Notes under the pieces: model-generated | Seen by the model: the letters and a program-made list of their open reading frames with translations, nothing else | What the model was told of the DNA's origin: nothing | Databases searched by the model: none | Position numbers and translations under genes: made by a program | Part shown: piece after piece, positions 39,601 through 53,075 of the stretch | How the letters are laid out: the number at the start of each line of letters is the position of its first letter | How positions within the stretch are numbered: the stretch's first letter is position 1 | Assembly (NCBI GenBank): GCA_964270895.1 | Contig: OZ185435.1 | Strand: one strand, 5' to 3' | DNA length: 64,000 nucleotides | Source: Podarcis filfolensis | Taxonomy: Eukaryota

Positions 39601-39824
39601 CAGTGGTACCTCTGGTTACGAACTTAATTCATTCTGGAGGTCCATTCTTAACCTGAAACCTGAGGTACCACTTTAGCTAATGGGGTATTCCGCTGCCGCC
39701 AGCGCACAATTTCTGTTCTCATCCTGAGGTAAAGTTCTTAACTCAAGGTACTACTTCCGGGTTAGCGGAGTCTGCAACCCGAAGTGTCTGCAACCCGAAG
39801 TGTTTGTAACCCGAGGTACCACTG
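39601..39824. mobile_element. Tigger-like MITE
   Basis: TA|CAGTGGTACCTC...GAGGTACCACTG|TA, with an internal 16-bp tandem duplication TCTGCAACCCGAAGTG. Confidence 0.92.
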
Positions 39825-40335
39825 TAAACTGGGCATAATCCAATTAACTGACCTGGGAGTAAATCCCATTGAACTAAACAAGGCTTATTTCTGCATAGAC
39901 ATAGATAATTGTTACTAAGCACTGCTGGTATAGCAAAGTCACTGAGTTAGTCCACTGTGGCAAAAAACAGCAATCTCTGGCAACAAAGGCAAGGACTTAC
40001 TTCAGCAGAATAAACTCTCAGCACAATAAACCTTTGCCTTTTCTCAGCCTTCATAGCAATTGACATTCACTGTGTTTGTTTCCTTGGAAGGAAAGTTTGT
40101 TGATTTCAGTGCAGTATGTTCCATATCTAAATGCCAATAAGGGAGTAATGCAGAGGGCCAATTAATGTGTATCTTGATGCATATGGGATCAGCATAACAA
40201 CCTTTTCTGTTTCCATCTCTGAAAATGGCTTAGAACTACTTTTTAAAAAGCCAACAGCTGGTTGGCCTAATGATCCTTCCTCCTTGTAATCAACAGGACT
40301 TTTATTTTTAAAATAATGCATTTAGGATTCAAGAT

Positions 40336-40597
40336 TAGGGTTACCTCAATTAAAAAAGTGAAAATCCGGACAGAAGTGTTGTTGAGCTTTTCTTGGCAAG
40401 AAGCATTTTTGGCAAAATCACAAACAAAAGTGACTTTTTGAGCTATTTTTCAGGAAAACTGGCAAAAACGACACTGCCAACATGTGTTGCCATATGTCCA
40501 GATTTTCCTGGACATTTCGCCGATTTCTGCCCCGACACTGCTTCGGACTGCAGTATTCTGGGTATGTCCAGGAAATTCTGGACATGGTAGAACCCTA
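40336..40597. mobile_element. hAT MITE (TAGGGTT termini)
   Basis: TAGGGTTACC...GAACCCTA, with flanks TTCAAGAT and TTCAAGAC (7/8 TSD match). Confidence 0.85.
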
Positions 40598-41479
40598 TTC
40601 AAGACCCCTGAAGTAGCAAATGTGGAGAGTCATGAGGTCTGCCCCCTTTTCCATCAATCTACAGAGAAAAGGGTTAATATAAATTATGAAATTGAACAGG
40701 AAAGGTTTTAAACTCACTTTTATTTTTCTTGTATATTTGAGAAGACTTAACCACGGCTACACTTTCTGAGCAGCCCCAGCTAATCTTTCCATAGATCCTA
40801 TTGTGTGTCTGAGATGTTTAAAACGTCACATAGATCTGAAAGATGTTACCGATACCTACTCCTATATGAACTCTTATTCACCAGAATCCTGGCTGGAACT
40901 AGCTGTAGAGGGATATTTTATGGCTTTATGCAGCCTGGTGATTTATGTTCAGTTTTGCCCTAGCAATATGCTAATAAATTTAACAAGACCCCTGTAGTAC
41001 CCTCGTACTTCATTTAAAATGAAACTTGCTGCAAGGTGAGACATCGCTTGTGGGGGGCAGGGAGGCAGAGAAAGGGGGGAGATGCTCTAGAAAACTGGAA
41101 GAAAGAGTGCAATTCACAAATGCAGGAAGGAGTAACGTGTGGACCTAAACCGGTTAATGGACCAATCTGTGAAAACAGCTTGAGCAATTTCAGACAGCTG
41201 CAATCCTGTCTATCTAGAAATAGAGCTGGAGATCATTATGGGACTTAAAGAACATTGTGATTTTAAGCATAATTCCAAGTTAGTTGAGTCTAATCTCCAT
41301 TCTGAACCCAAGCGCAGCCCCATCCTATGCATGTTCACTTGGAACCAAGGTTGCAATCAAAACATAGTCTGCATCGAAACACAGGTTACCTCCCAAGCAA
41401 ACATGGATATAGGATTGTGTTGCACAATCCTATACCCACCCCCAGTTCAACGGGTTTTACTTTTCTATTAGGTAGGATT

Positions 41480-41627
41480 AGTGCTTTTTTTCTTTTAAAA
41501 AATGTTTAGGGGTACTCTCATTTTGACTCAAGAAAATCACCATTTTATAGTTCAAATTGGGGGAAACAAATGGACAAAAGTACAAAGATTCACAAAAAGT
41601 TTAGAGGTGTGCGTCCCCCGAGAAAAA
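41480..41627. mobile_element. hAT MITE family A, degenerate copy
   Basis: AGTGCTTTTTTTC...ATGTTTAGGGGTACTCTCATTTTGACTCAAGAAAATCACC is near-identical to the 33027 copy. Right end eroded. Confidence 0.8.
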
Positions 41628-43920
41628 CAGGTTCAGATCAGGGCTTTCATTTGGTACAGAGCTTGCTTCCAGATAGGGGAGTGAGAGGAATCCACTCCAG
41701 TTCAATGAAACCCCAGTAGTGAGTCATAAACCCAGGTACAGGATTAATTGGTTTATGAAACTGGTATAGCCCCAGATGTAGCAGGCCGCTCAAATGGAAG
41801 TGGACCAGCTTAAGAGGTTTGTGGATCCCAGTCACCTGACCTAATGAAGACTGCCCCCACTCCACACCCATATCCTGCTGTTATAGGATCAGTGCAAGGT
41901 TCCTAATCCAGAACACCCTGAGGCAATCTGTTGACGTCAAGGGCTCAGAATTTGCAGCCAAAATCTTTCTTCTGGTTGGGAAAGTTATGACAGTATAAAT
42001 ACCCTCCGCCTGGCAGACAAGTTGTTCATAGGATCATTTCGAAATAGTTTGGAGAGGAATAATGTTCTGGGAGAAGAGATTAGGAGCACTGTGTTTCCTA
42101 CAGGTGCAGAAAAAGCAACTTGGTCCCCCCCTCCCCTGTTTATCTCTCTCGAGACCCCTCTCCCCTTGTCTTTCTTTCTTTCTCTCCCCTCCTCTTGTTC
42201 TTTCCCAAAGTTGAATCTGGGGTCAGAACTTCTAATTGTAACCTCAGACTGGAATTCCAGATGGTGTGTTCAAGACTCGGAGCAAGTCTCAGTTCATCAA
42301 TTTCATGTGCTCGAGTGTCTGCTCTGGCTGTGGCCCCGACTCCATTCCCAACGTGGCATTAATGCAGAACAAATTGAGACATATCCTCTCGATAATTAGT
42401 TCCAGGATTGCCCAAGATTTACGGTAAAATAATAGAGCAAACTCCACAAAAGCTGGGGATTTTTTTTTGCCTCCTACCACCGAACAAGGAGGAGGAGAGT
42501 GATTTGGCTGAGATGCTGCTGCTGCGCAAAGTTGGCACCAGAGAGGGTGAAGAGGGAGCCAGGACTCTGGATGAGTTGCTGGTATGGGAGTGAAACCATT
42601 AGCAGTGCATGAAGCAAGGAAGGAACCCAGAACGAGAGAGTGCCATATATTTATAAGTTGGGCGAGGAAGAAGAGGGCCGGATACATAGCACAGCACAAC
42701 CTATGCAAGCCTACTTGGGAAGGAGCCCCATTTAAGTCACTGGGGCTGACTTCCGAGTAAACGTGCATAATAATTTTGGGTCTTGGAACTAAATAAGTCC
42801 CACTGGTTTTATGGAATTTGCTCTCTGTGTGGGGGTTTTAAAAGTAAAGGATCCATGGTCTGTCTACTAGAGGAAGGTCCACACATTCCCAACAGCCTAA
42901 ATCAGCCCCCTACGTTTTTCACCCCCATCCCCGCAAAAGAGAACAATAATCTTAAGGCATTTCTAACTGCCAGGAGGTGCGGTGCTAGCAGGGAGGCTTA
43001 AGATAGCTTGAGAAAGTTCTCCAGCGGAAGCCTCCGTATGCTTACTCAGAAGTAAGTTGCACTGCGTGGGGTTTGCTCTCAGCCAAGTGGGAATAGGACT
43101 GAAGCCCAAGAGTCTCATCTATCCACCAGGCCTCAAAAGGCCCCCGCTAGTTTGAGCTGTGGTGCGCCTGGGATCAAGCAACAGAAAACGGCTACCCCTC
43201 CATTGTCTGGCCCCATTTCCTAGCAGGAACGGCACCATCACCCCGGATGGAAATGGGAGGGCCTTTGGTCTGATCCAGCAAAGGAACTCAGACAGACCAA
43301 GCGTCTGCACGTGCAGCCCCCACTGCGCTCAATAGGGCTTAGTCCCAAGGAAGGATACATAAAGCCTTTTTTAATTTTTAAAATTAATAATCCAGCACAA
43401 TAAATTTACAACACAGGCTATGAGTTGGACACCCAAAAGCAATAGCGGTCATATCCCGAGACCACACAGCAACATATCAAAAGTCTTCTTCGCTGTTGGC
43501 TGGGATGTGTCAGATGCAGGAAGGAAAATATGTTTTCTTTTCTTTTCATATTGGGCAGATTCCCATAAGCTTCCCCAAAACAAAGGGCATTACGCCCTCA
43601 TTGTGTTTGCAAGAGGTTTAAGATAGACTAGGCCCGGGTGAACTTGCCAGCTGAGATGGGGAGGGGGGGGCTGGAGGTTGAGATCCAGTGTGTTCGACTA
43701 TTTGCCTTCTTTCTTAGGCACGCGCTCAGTCTCATAATCGGGTAATTTTTTCTCTCCGAAGGAACCGCTAGAGCGCATTTACTCGAGACTAAGAAGTCTG
43801 AGGACAGGAAACTTAAGACTGCTCTTAAAATTTCAGAAAAGTTTCTGATTTAAAATATATATTGTTAACAAACGCTTAACTTATCTATGTTAGTTTCTGA
43901 TTCACAATCTGGTTAAGTGG

Positions 43921-43922
<2 letters not shown>

Positions 43923-43962
<40 letters not shown>
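43923..43962. repeat. (GT)20 microsatellite
   Basis: Direct read. Confidence 0.97.
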
Positions 43963-43971
<9 letters not shown>

Positions 43972-44499
43972 CCCGGCTTTCCATGAATCGTGCCCTTTGA
44001 CGGTTAAGAACATTAATACATATTTTACAAAGGGGGGCATTTATTCTCATTTGTCTTAGTTGGACGGGCTCCCCCATTCTTTAAATACATTTCCTTTGTA
44101 AGAAGAGCCATTGTTTTCAATCGATTCACGCAACTGTCCGCTTAAAATCAGCTGGAATATGATGCTGTGCATTTCTCTTTCCATGAATTCGGCTTGTTCC
44201 TCTCTCCCCTATGTTCTACATTAGTTTCAGACATTTGCTCCTGAAATAATGATCTTTATCTTACTGCCCTATCCTAATCATCTATATTAAATGGCACTTA
44301 CTCCCAAATAAGTATACTGTACTAAGCTAGAATTGCCGCCGTACACAGCATAGTTCTATTCATGTCTACACAAAAGCAAACTCAAATTTGCTCGGTGGAG
44401 TCTTAACTTCCATGTAAGTGGGTACAGGATTACTTCCTTAACTGTTCCTGTTGGCTTCACTCCAGACAATGGAGTGAGATCCATTGATTTCCATGGGTC

Positions 44500-47420
44500 T
44501 TTCTTTCAAACATGTGCGTGGGTTTAGGGCTGCATCCGAAGGCCCCTTTCTCTTCAGTCCTTCAGGGTTAGAGAGCGCCTTCCCACCCAGCGGATCTGGC
44601 TGTGAATGCGAGCGAGCCCCCTTTCGCCCTCGCTGCCCCCGCCGCGCTGAACTCCCGGAGCAAGACGCGCATTAATTAAAGTCTCTCCCGGCTCCCTTTC
44701 ATTTTTCATTGGTCCACATCTTGGGATTGCCAAGGCGCTGCAGCCCAATGGCAGGCCTGCCCTGGGATCTCATAATGCATACTTCGGCACTGGCTGAGGC
44801 CAAAGGGAGGTCAGCGGCGCTATTTATTACTTGCCTGAGTTCCTTCGCTCGAAGGAGTCCATGAATCTTGACAGATAGCTCGTCTCTTGTCTGTTTTTAC
44901 AGTTGCGCGTTGCTGGTGAGGTTACAGAGGAAGCGGGAAGAGACGGGCTCGAAGCGCCGAGAATTCCCTGGCGAGGATGAGCTAACAGAGACCCGGCTCG
45001 TTTCTCTCTCGCCCTCCCTCTCTGCTCACAGCCCCCCTTCAAAGATGGGGAGGACAACACGCCGAAGTTGAAAGGAAGGAGTCTGAGGGCAGAGGGAATC
45101 CCTCTCCCTTTTGCAGCGCGCCTCTTTTGATCTCCGAATAATATATGTCTACACGCCGATCAGCGCGAGCGGTGACTCGTATTATTATGGTTTTTTACGC
45201 AGTTCGGTTTCCTGTGCCGGCGAAATCGCTCCTTGTCACCCCCACCCCACTTCTTGAGCTGAACTTTTCAATGGCTGCGCATCGCTCCCATAGCGCTGGC
45301 TTGTTGCTTACGATGGATCTCCACCCCCCCCCAAAAAAAGCTCCGATGAGCCCGGAAATCAGAGTGCAAAACAGAGACAAATGTGCCCATTTCCCTTCTC
45401 CAGTAGAGCGCGATGGGCGTTTCGGTGTGTGTTTGTGTGCATGTGCATTTTTCTGGAATGCTTGTTCCACCAAAGCAACTTCTTCTACGCCAGCCCTGCT
45501 GGGTTCCCTCCCGCGCGCCCCTCCACACTTTTCACAAGCTGGGTGGAAACATCTCCTTTTAAACATGCATTTTTTTTCAGAGGTGCCAGGAATTCCCCAC
45601 CTGGAAAGAGCTGAAGCTGACAGATTTAGGCCGGTTTGGGGGGGGAAGGAGGGGTGGAGAACGCAGCCTATAGCTCTAGCGGAGGCGGGATGGATTTCAT
45701 GGCCAGGGCTCCGCCGACGTTCACAGCAGTTGGAGAGTTTTTCGCTGAAGGCGCTTGTTTGTGCGGGAGGTGTGACCTAGCAAGAGAGAGATGGAAGAAG
45801 AGAGAGAGAAAAAGATCTAACGCCTGGATTTCCTGGGAAGAGGTTTGTGTACATCTTCACACCCGTTGCAGGCGACCAAGACTTATTGTCGCGTCTCTCG
45901 TGCCGCCGCCCCCCCACCTGCATCTGAATAACTCAAAATAGTCGCAATCATCTCCAGTTACACAAATTACGTTAACTTTCCCAGCTTCTTGTGTTTGTAG
46001 GGTTGCCGCCCTCTAGGCTGCCGCGCGCGACAAAGGCTTCTGTGAAACCGGAAAGCCTGCACACTTTGCACACTTTCTTGGCCCAAAGGTCCAATGGACG
46101 ATCCCAGCAGGTCTCTTTCAGATGTTTTTCCGGGGTGGGGAGAAGGACTGGCATGGAAGGGGTCAGAAGCCAGAACAGCCCCTCTCTTCTCCATTCGGCT
46201 ATTGAAGCTTCCTTCTCGAACCCTCGACCGGGAAAGGGACACGTTTTGAGCCCCGGATATTGGGAACAGCGGAGCTTCAGCCGATTCACAATGCAAAATG
46301 GTTCAGGCACACACGCACCCGGCCCCAGTTCAGAAGAACTCTGTGCTGCTCTCCCAGAAACCTCTGCCTGCCCCAGTGACTGCCCTCTCAGCCTAACCTA
46401 CCCCGCAAGGCTGTTGTGAAGATGAAAAAGGGGAGAGAGGGAAAACAGTGTATACCGCCTTGAGCTGCTTGCAGGAAAGGTGGTCTATCCATGTAAGAGT
46501 AGCTGCGCCCAGTTTGGAAGAACAAGAAGGCTGCTCTGTACAGCGCTGCCGCCCGGGACGGCGCTTTCTGAGCTTCAGCTCCTGCGTCCTGGCGCGCTGG
46601 GTGACAGGTTCGCTCCTGGGAATGGGGGACTGGCGGCCGGTGATTGATTCTCTGTCTCCTCGCAGCTCTCGCTGCTCCCTTCACCCTCCGCGGCTCCTGC
46701 CTGGAGATGGTTCACAGCTTTGTTTTTCCCGGGGATGGCACTTTAAATAATCAAACCCTTGAGTGAGTGAGAAGAAAGATATTTCCCCTCTGCTTTTCTG
46801 CTGAGACTCACCAGCGAGGAAAAAGGGCAGAAATGCGCTTGGATCTCGATCTCTCTCCCACCCCCCACCCCCCTCCACTTCTTTGAAGGCTGCGGTCCCT
46901 GAGCGCATTTATTTTGACGATTCAGGCCGCATTCCTTCGAATCTCCTTTACCAGGGAGTAAGCCCCGCTTGGTTTCAGTGGGCTTTGCTCCCGAATAGAC
47001 ATGACGAAGGAAGATTGCAGTCCGAATCCTGCATCATACATCCTCCGCCCATCCTAAACGAGATCAAATCGCTTCCGAAGCTGAGTGGGGGAGGAGGCTG
47101 TGTGTGCGAGCGGGAAAGTGAGAGTGCCGGAACCACACTTTCGTTCCCACTTTCCTTGGGCGCTTTCCACGGACGTGGGTTTGGAATGCTGCTCCTGCCA
47201 CAGCCCGCGTGTCTGTCCGGTCTTCCCCAAAGTGGTGGGGTTAAACCACTGGTTAATCGAGTCGTGTGACTGAATGCCAGAGCAATAGCGAAGTAAAGAT
47301 TCCCAACATCTAGAAATCTTTTTCCCCCACCGGAGGCGTCGGTAGACCCTGTTTCTACGGCTGTCCCTCCCAAATATTTTTGGAATTTGCCGGTTTCCAT
47401 AAAATGGGAGGGGGCGCGTC
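44500..47420. promoter_or_regulatory. Upstream CpG island 6-9 kb 5' of WT1
   Basis: Dense CpG and GC content, non-repetitive, with CCAAT and GC boxes. No protein homology recognised in its ORFs. Boundaries by eye. Confidence 0.65.
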
Positions 47421-49072
47421 ATTGGCCACTTATTGTTGCTATTGTTGTTTAAAGAACCGAGCCCTTGTCCTATCTATCTCTTGGCCTTCAAGCTCAAAGG
47501 AGAAATCCAATCAACCCGGTGTATCTGTTATTGGGGTTATTTTTAAATGCTGCGAATGAGGAGCTAGAAGCAATACATGAGATGGGACTATCTTACACGG
47601 GATCCATTGCGGAAACTGACCGGCCAATGGGCTTTCATCCAGCCCTGTTATGGTCTCAATTCCTGAAATTCTGAGCCTCTGCTCGACGTAAGCAACAAGT
47701 GCCACTGGAAGCCAGTTCCATCCATTTCAAAGGGGTAGTGGAAAATTTAAGGAGAACTTAGCCGGGAGGGGGCGGAAATTCGACCCTGCCACTTCATGTT
47801 TTGGGGGGGATTTATCAGTCAGCGTGACCCACGTTGAGCTCCAGCCAAACCACACTGATCTGAATGTATTTCGTTCAGTTAGACGGAAATCAGATTAAAA
47901 ACCAGTGGCTGTGTGGTTCATTCTTCCCCACTCCTTCCAGAGGTCTGAGGGCGGGTTATTCTCCTTTGAAAGCCAAAAGCTCAATAACAACTCTGAACTG
48001 TACTATGTAAATAGACAAAAGCTAACCTAGAAAAGGTCGACCAATTTATAATCTGGACAAAAAAAAAAAGCTAACACAGGGTTAAGACAACAATGGCCCT
48101 CGCAAAGAGCTCTGGTCCATCTAGGGCCGCAGGGGTCGTTCATTAGTGCCGATGGCGAACCTGGGATACGGGTCGTTGACAGATTATATTATCTCGGTTC
48201 GTTCTACGGTACTTAAAAAGAGCCTTTGCCAGTTTAGAGGGAAGAGCAAATGGGAATTGCTAAAGATTTCGCAATAGTTTAGGGTGGGGAGATTTTAAAA
48301 AAAACAACAACTACCATTAAGTGGTTTAAAAACGGCGATGCCTCTCCGCCTGTACTCAAAAAAGATAAGCTCTGACTCAGTATCTTTCATTCCGTGCTGA
48401 GAAAAATGCTACCTGGATTTCTTTGAGACGGAGCGGTTCGGCAAGGAAAAGATGACGGTGTCCGTATTTAAAAGGAACTTTCCAATTATCAAAACGGATC
48501 GGACTTCTCAAGCATTGCAATTTAAACCACTGCAGTTTTACGTGCTATATTACGGCAGATCGGAATGAAATGGCAGAAAGAAGGGGAAACCCAGAAAGCG
48601 ATGGCTAGCGGTTAAATAGGCACCTACCTGTTACCGCTTGTGTAGGAGCAGAAGGAGGCTTGGGCGTTTTTTAACTCCGTACCATTTACCACTCTCCGAA
48701 GGCAAAGGTGATTTGTTACTCTGCAACTGAGTTCAGTCTAAGAAGGAAAAGGTATAAACTTACCAAAGTCATTCAAAGTTGAATTCTGGAATTATGTGTC
48801 CGAAACTCACTCTCTCTTTCTCTCTCTCCCTGTAAAGGAGAAGTAAAGGTCCTTTACAAACCATATTCCATACTGAAGTTAAACACACGTACTCAGAGAC
48901 ACGATCAGGAAACAAAACAATTTTGCTGACTTGGTTTGATTCGGCACTTGCTTTTAACTGAGAAATATATGGGTGCTATTTTTAAAATGAAGATATTTGG
49001 CAATACTGTACTTTCCAGACACTATATAGTCCAATGAATAAAGAAATCAGCAAACAAAACAAACTTGGGCAC

Positions 49073-49098
49073 TGTGTGTGTGTGTGTGTGTGTGTGTG
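49073..49098. repeat. (TG)13 microsatellite
   Basis: Direct read. Confidence 0.95.
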
Positions 49099-50058
49099 TA
49101 TGCAAGTAACTATGCATATCCAAACTTTACAAGATCCTTTAAAAAGGTATAAATTGCCGCACTAGTTTTGAATGTTAAGAAAGTCTCATAAGCTGAGTCT
49201 GAAATTCTAGATGCTGCCCTTTTCATGTACCAAGTAACCCTGTCCCCTAGAGAGGGTTATGTTAACTAGGTTGTTTAATACCTGCTGAAAAACTGCACGT
49301 GACACCAGAAGAGTGATTTGCAACGTTTTGCTTCCTCTCCTGTAATATACACCGGTAAGTTTATTGCATTAAATTTCATCTGTTAGGAGCTGTCAAGAGC
49401 CAGATGTCAAAAACGGCTCAGGCTGCCATCTTGAGGCTGAGATTCTCTTGGCGAAAGCGCAAGTGGTCTCAGTGCGGTTTACTTCCGAGTCGATGTTTTT
49501 AGCGTCAGCGTCTGCTATTTTCACTCGTAATAAAGTTCCACTAAAACAAGTAAGTGGCTGCTAAGTAACGCCCCCCCTTAAAGGATCGGGAGTTCAGTGG
49601 CGGGACCAGGGGAAAAAAATATCAGGGTGGGCACAGAAGGGGCAAAGTGTGTTTCTAAGTGGGCGACAAAGAAAAATAGCAGCATATATGAATGACAGGA
49701 GTTCAGATATGGGAGGGCAAGTGGGAGGTGAGATTTTTTTGGGGGGGGTGTTGCTTGCCCCTGCCCCCCCGTCTCTGCGGGAATTAGTTGCTTGGAGAGA
49801 AAGTCACCACCTCTATAGGTTATATAGGTTAGTTGGCGTGTAGACAAATGCACAAGCTTGGGCTTGGATGCTAAATAAAATCTGAATATTAACTACGTGG
49901 AGATTTATTTGGAGATGAGTTTTATCATACTCCATGAACACAGTACTTTCATTTTTTTGAAATCAAATGCGGTCCTTCTCTTAAGCTGCTTGCTGGTTGG
50001 CGGGCATTTAAATAGATAAAGTAGATGACACACAGAACTCCACTTTCCACTAAACTGT

Positions 50059-50150
50059 ATTGTTTATTATATTTGCTTTTAGTAAATCACTCGCCGTTTC
50101 TCTTACAACAAACCCTGTGAAGTAGGTTGGGTTGAGCGACCGCTACTGGG
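50059..50150 (-). mobile_element. Degenerate MIR/Squam3-like SINE fragment
   Basis: TTACAACAAACCCTGTGAAGTAGGTTGGG is the reverse complement of the core of the 31605 SINE. Confidence 0.5.
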
Positions 50151-51855
50151 CCAAACAGCCTCTAACACCCTCTAATCACAGTTTCTTTTATTGCAGCTCC
50201 TCTTCAGAGTCATTCCGGATCAAACCCCCTAATGGGGGACAAAATGTTCTTAGGACGAAGTGTCTGCCATCTTACAGCCTTCCTCTAATCCCTTGCAGTG
50301 AAGGGACAGTGAAGGAGAACCAAAGGGGCTGTTTATTTAGTCGGGAAGAGTCCACTAAAGGGATGCCTTTAGAAGAGTCCACTCTATCCGGAGGGCTGGT
50401 TTTGGACCGACCTTAAAATCTCCAGGAAAATCCTTTTCGCTGCATTGAGGAATTAGGTGCACTCTGTACACTGAAAGTGTCGTAGAAGCAATAACATACA
50501 GTTGCTACACGATCTAACGTAGCTGACTCTAATCAACAACAGCTTATGCCACAATGAAAAAAGGGTCAAGTCTTTGTGGTGCCCCTAAGACTCTTCTGTG
50601 GTTTCTACTGCCGGAGTAACACAACTACTCTCCGTAAATAATATATACCATGTCCACAACATCCTCCTTTTCCTCATTCGAATTCGATCGAGGGTATGAG
50701 TCCTGTATTTCAGAAAGGAGCCTGCTGCACGGTGTAGTGGACTGCGGAAGGCATGGTCTGAGAAGGCCTGGATTCAAATGAGGGTCTCCGTAGAGAACCG
50801 GGTCCCTATCATTAGGCAGAGGGAGGCAGTGCTTCAGGCAGCAGATGCTAGAATGCCTGGAGCATCAATGAGAGGGTAGAGGCAGCCTGCCCTGCTTCCC
50901 CATAAGCGAACCTGCTGCGCCGTCGTATTGTTAGTGTGGCGGTGGGATCCACCTGCTGGTTCAGGCACATATGACTTATGTGGAAAACGGGAGGGTCACC
51001 ACCCCTTCGGCTCAAGTGGCAAAAGTGTGTTCAGTCGATCCTGGAAGCAAGAGAGCGGGGAGATCCTTGATAGGTCAATACAGACGACCAGTGACGACAC
51101 CAGATATAAAAATAAAATCAGAAGGGGCAAAATGAACTGAGGGTGGGGGTACTTGTGAAAAATGACTTTTCTTCAAGTAACCGCAGGGATCCAGCCACAG
51201 AGGGCAGATCCGCCTCAGCTGATGCTGTGAATTTCAAGCTCTTCTTCAGTTCACGGGATTAGAAGAAGAAACCTCCTCAAATGCGGCTCTCTTAAGCAGC
51301 CTCATTATTTGTACTCAGAGGTCAGTCCCACTGGTTTCAAAGGACTTGCTTCTGAGTAAGGCGTGCTTGGGGCGGCAGCCTTATTCGTGCATACCCTTAG
51401 AGGCGGAAGAAGAGCCGGATTTAGTAGGGAAGGTATTCTGTAGGGCAATTCAATAATAAGGTCTGGGAAGAAATAATGGCAGAAATGGTGCCCCCATTCC
51501 CTTTTGTTCAGCTCCGCTGCTTGGTGGAGCAATTTCACTATGATTTGGGCCTTAGGTCTGCAGCATCCAGGATCATGAGTCCCTGGGACGGCTGGATGGC
51601 GTCTTCTTCCGGCAACTCTGGCAGCCAAACTTTGCTCTGTTTTCCTTTGGACCACATCAGCGAGGCCAAGAAGTCTTGTATTCTGGGCAGCCCAGGACCT
51701 CCATGCACACTGCCCAGGCTTGCACCCCAGGAAGGTCACTTCAGTGCTCCTAACTAGACAAAAGCAACACGGGAGGCAGCAATTATGAGTTACTGGCCTC
51801 TGCAGCCACAGCAGGCGCTGCGATTCTCCAGCGGTTTGACTTCATCCCCGGAGGC

Positions 51856-51980
51856 CAGTGGCATAGCGTGGGGGGTGCAGGGGGGGCCGGCCGCACCGGG
51901 CGCAACATCTGGGGGTTAGGGTTAGGGGGCGCAAATTACTTGCCTTGCCCCGGGTGCTGACAACCCACGCCACGCCACTG
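51856..51980. mobile_element. Young 125-bp G-rich hAT MITE
   Basis: TIRs CAGTGGCATAGCGTGGG / CCCACGCCACGCCACTG, with exact 8-bp TSD CCGGAGGC (51848-51855 and 51981-51988). Confidence 0.93.
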
Positions 51981-52853
51981 CCGGAGGCGCACTCTTTTGT
52001 CTCCCGGGTACAGACCACCGATGCCAACAACTGCTTCAAACCCTGTTGAAGTGAGAATCCGCCCTCATTGTTTTACTGTTTGGATGCATATTAACACAAC
52101 CACGAAGTGCGAAGGAAGCGGTGATTTACTTTAAAAGTCGCTCTCCCTTTCGTTCTACTTTTCCTGTTAGAACATCGCCAGAGTCCCCCTTTCCCTCTTT
52201 TCAGCCGATGTCACCTTCTTGACATCTGTGCATCTACTAGCATTTATATAGTGTTCAGTGCCCTTGATCGTTCTTAGAAACGGGTTGTAATTCCTGTAAC
52301 TGGCTCGGAAGGTGATGGGCACCCACGTATGCTGAGGGAGGGAAACCTCCTGGCTGAGGTGAGATTCGAATCGGAGGCTTCCTGTTTCGCAGCTCAGAGG
52401 TAGAGCTGCAAGATGAGCTTCACCAGCGCCTTAAGGCCATCGTGAGCTAGACCGGCTTCCATAAAAGCACATGGCAGGGGAGCCCTAAAGCAGGATTCGA
52501 CCTCCAGTGAAATTCAGGAAGAAGCACTCTCGGATGGCAGCCGGCCAACCTAATGAATATGAGATGAAGAAGAAGAGGACGGAGTCTATTTGTGCCACGT
52601 AACACTGGGCGCATTAGGGGAATCTGCGAACCAATCAGATGTCTTTAATTTAAGAACTTCTTAAATCCTTGTGTGCTTCTAGATGATGGACGGACATACT
52701 CCGAAGGCATAGGCTGCTACACAGCATGCATTTAAAGGACCTCCAAAGAATCCTGGGAACTGTAGAGCTACAATTCACGCAGAACTACAATTCCCAGGAC
52801 CTTCTGTTTAGAATTATTGCGGGCGGGGCTTGCTTTAAAACTCCTGGTCCGTC

Positions 52854-53075
52854 TTATTTATTTAACAAATTTTGTGCACCGCTTGACTGTAGAAGCCGGT
52901 ATCAAAACATTCAAAAAGTAAAATCAGCAATAAGCTAAACACACATAACTTCTCCATGTCCGGACACGCTGGCCTAAATGTTTTAAGCAGCTCTCCGAAA
53001 GTTCCTGACGGATGTCAAGGGGCAGGGAGTTCCAAAGTGTAAGGACTGCCATACTACAAGATCGGTTATTTTTTT
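52854..53075 (-). mobile_element. L2 LINE 3' end just upstream of the WT1 promoter island
   Basis: Minus strand reads NRSCSMAVLTLWNSLPLDIRQELSESCLKHL, followed by the tail AAGCGGTGCACAAAATTTGTTAAATAAATAA. Confidence 0.75.

Noticed and set aside
44484-47422. Numerous overlapping ORFs (up to 211 aa) in the upstream CpG island
   Set aside because: Present on both strands, with no domain or exon pattern; explained by GC content.
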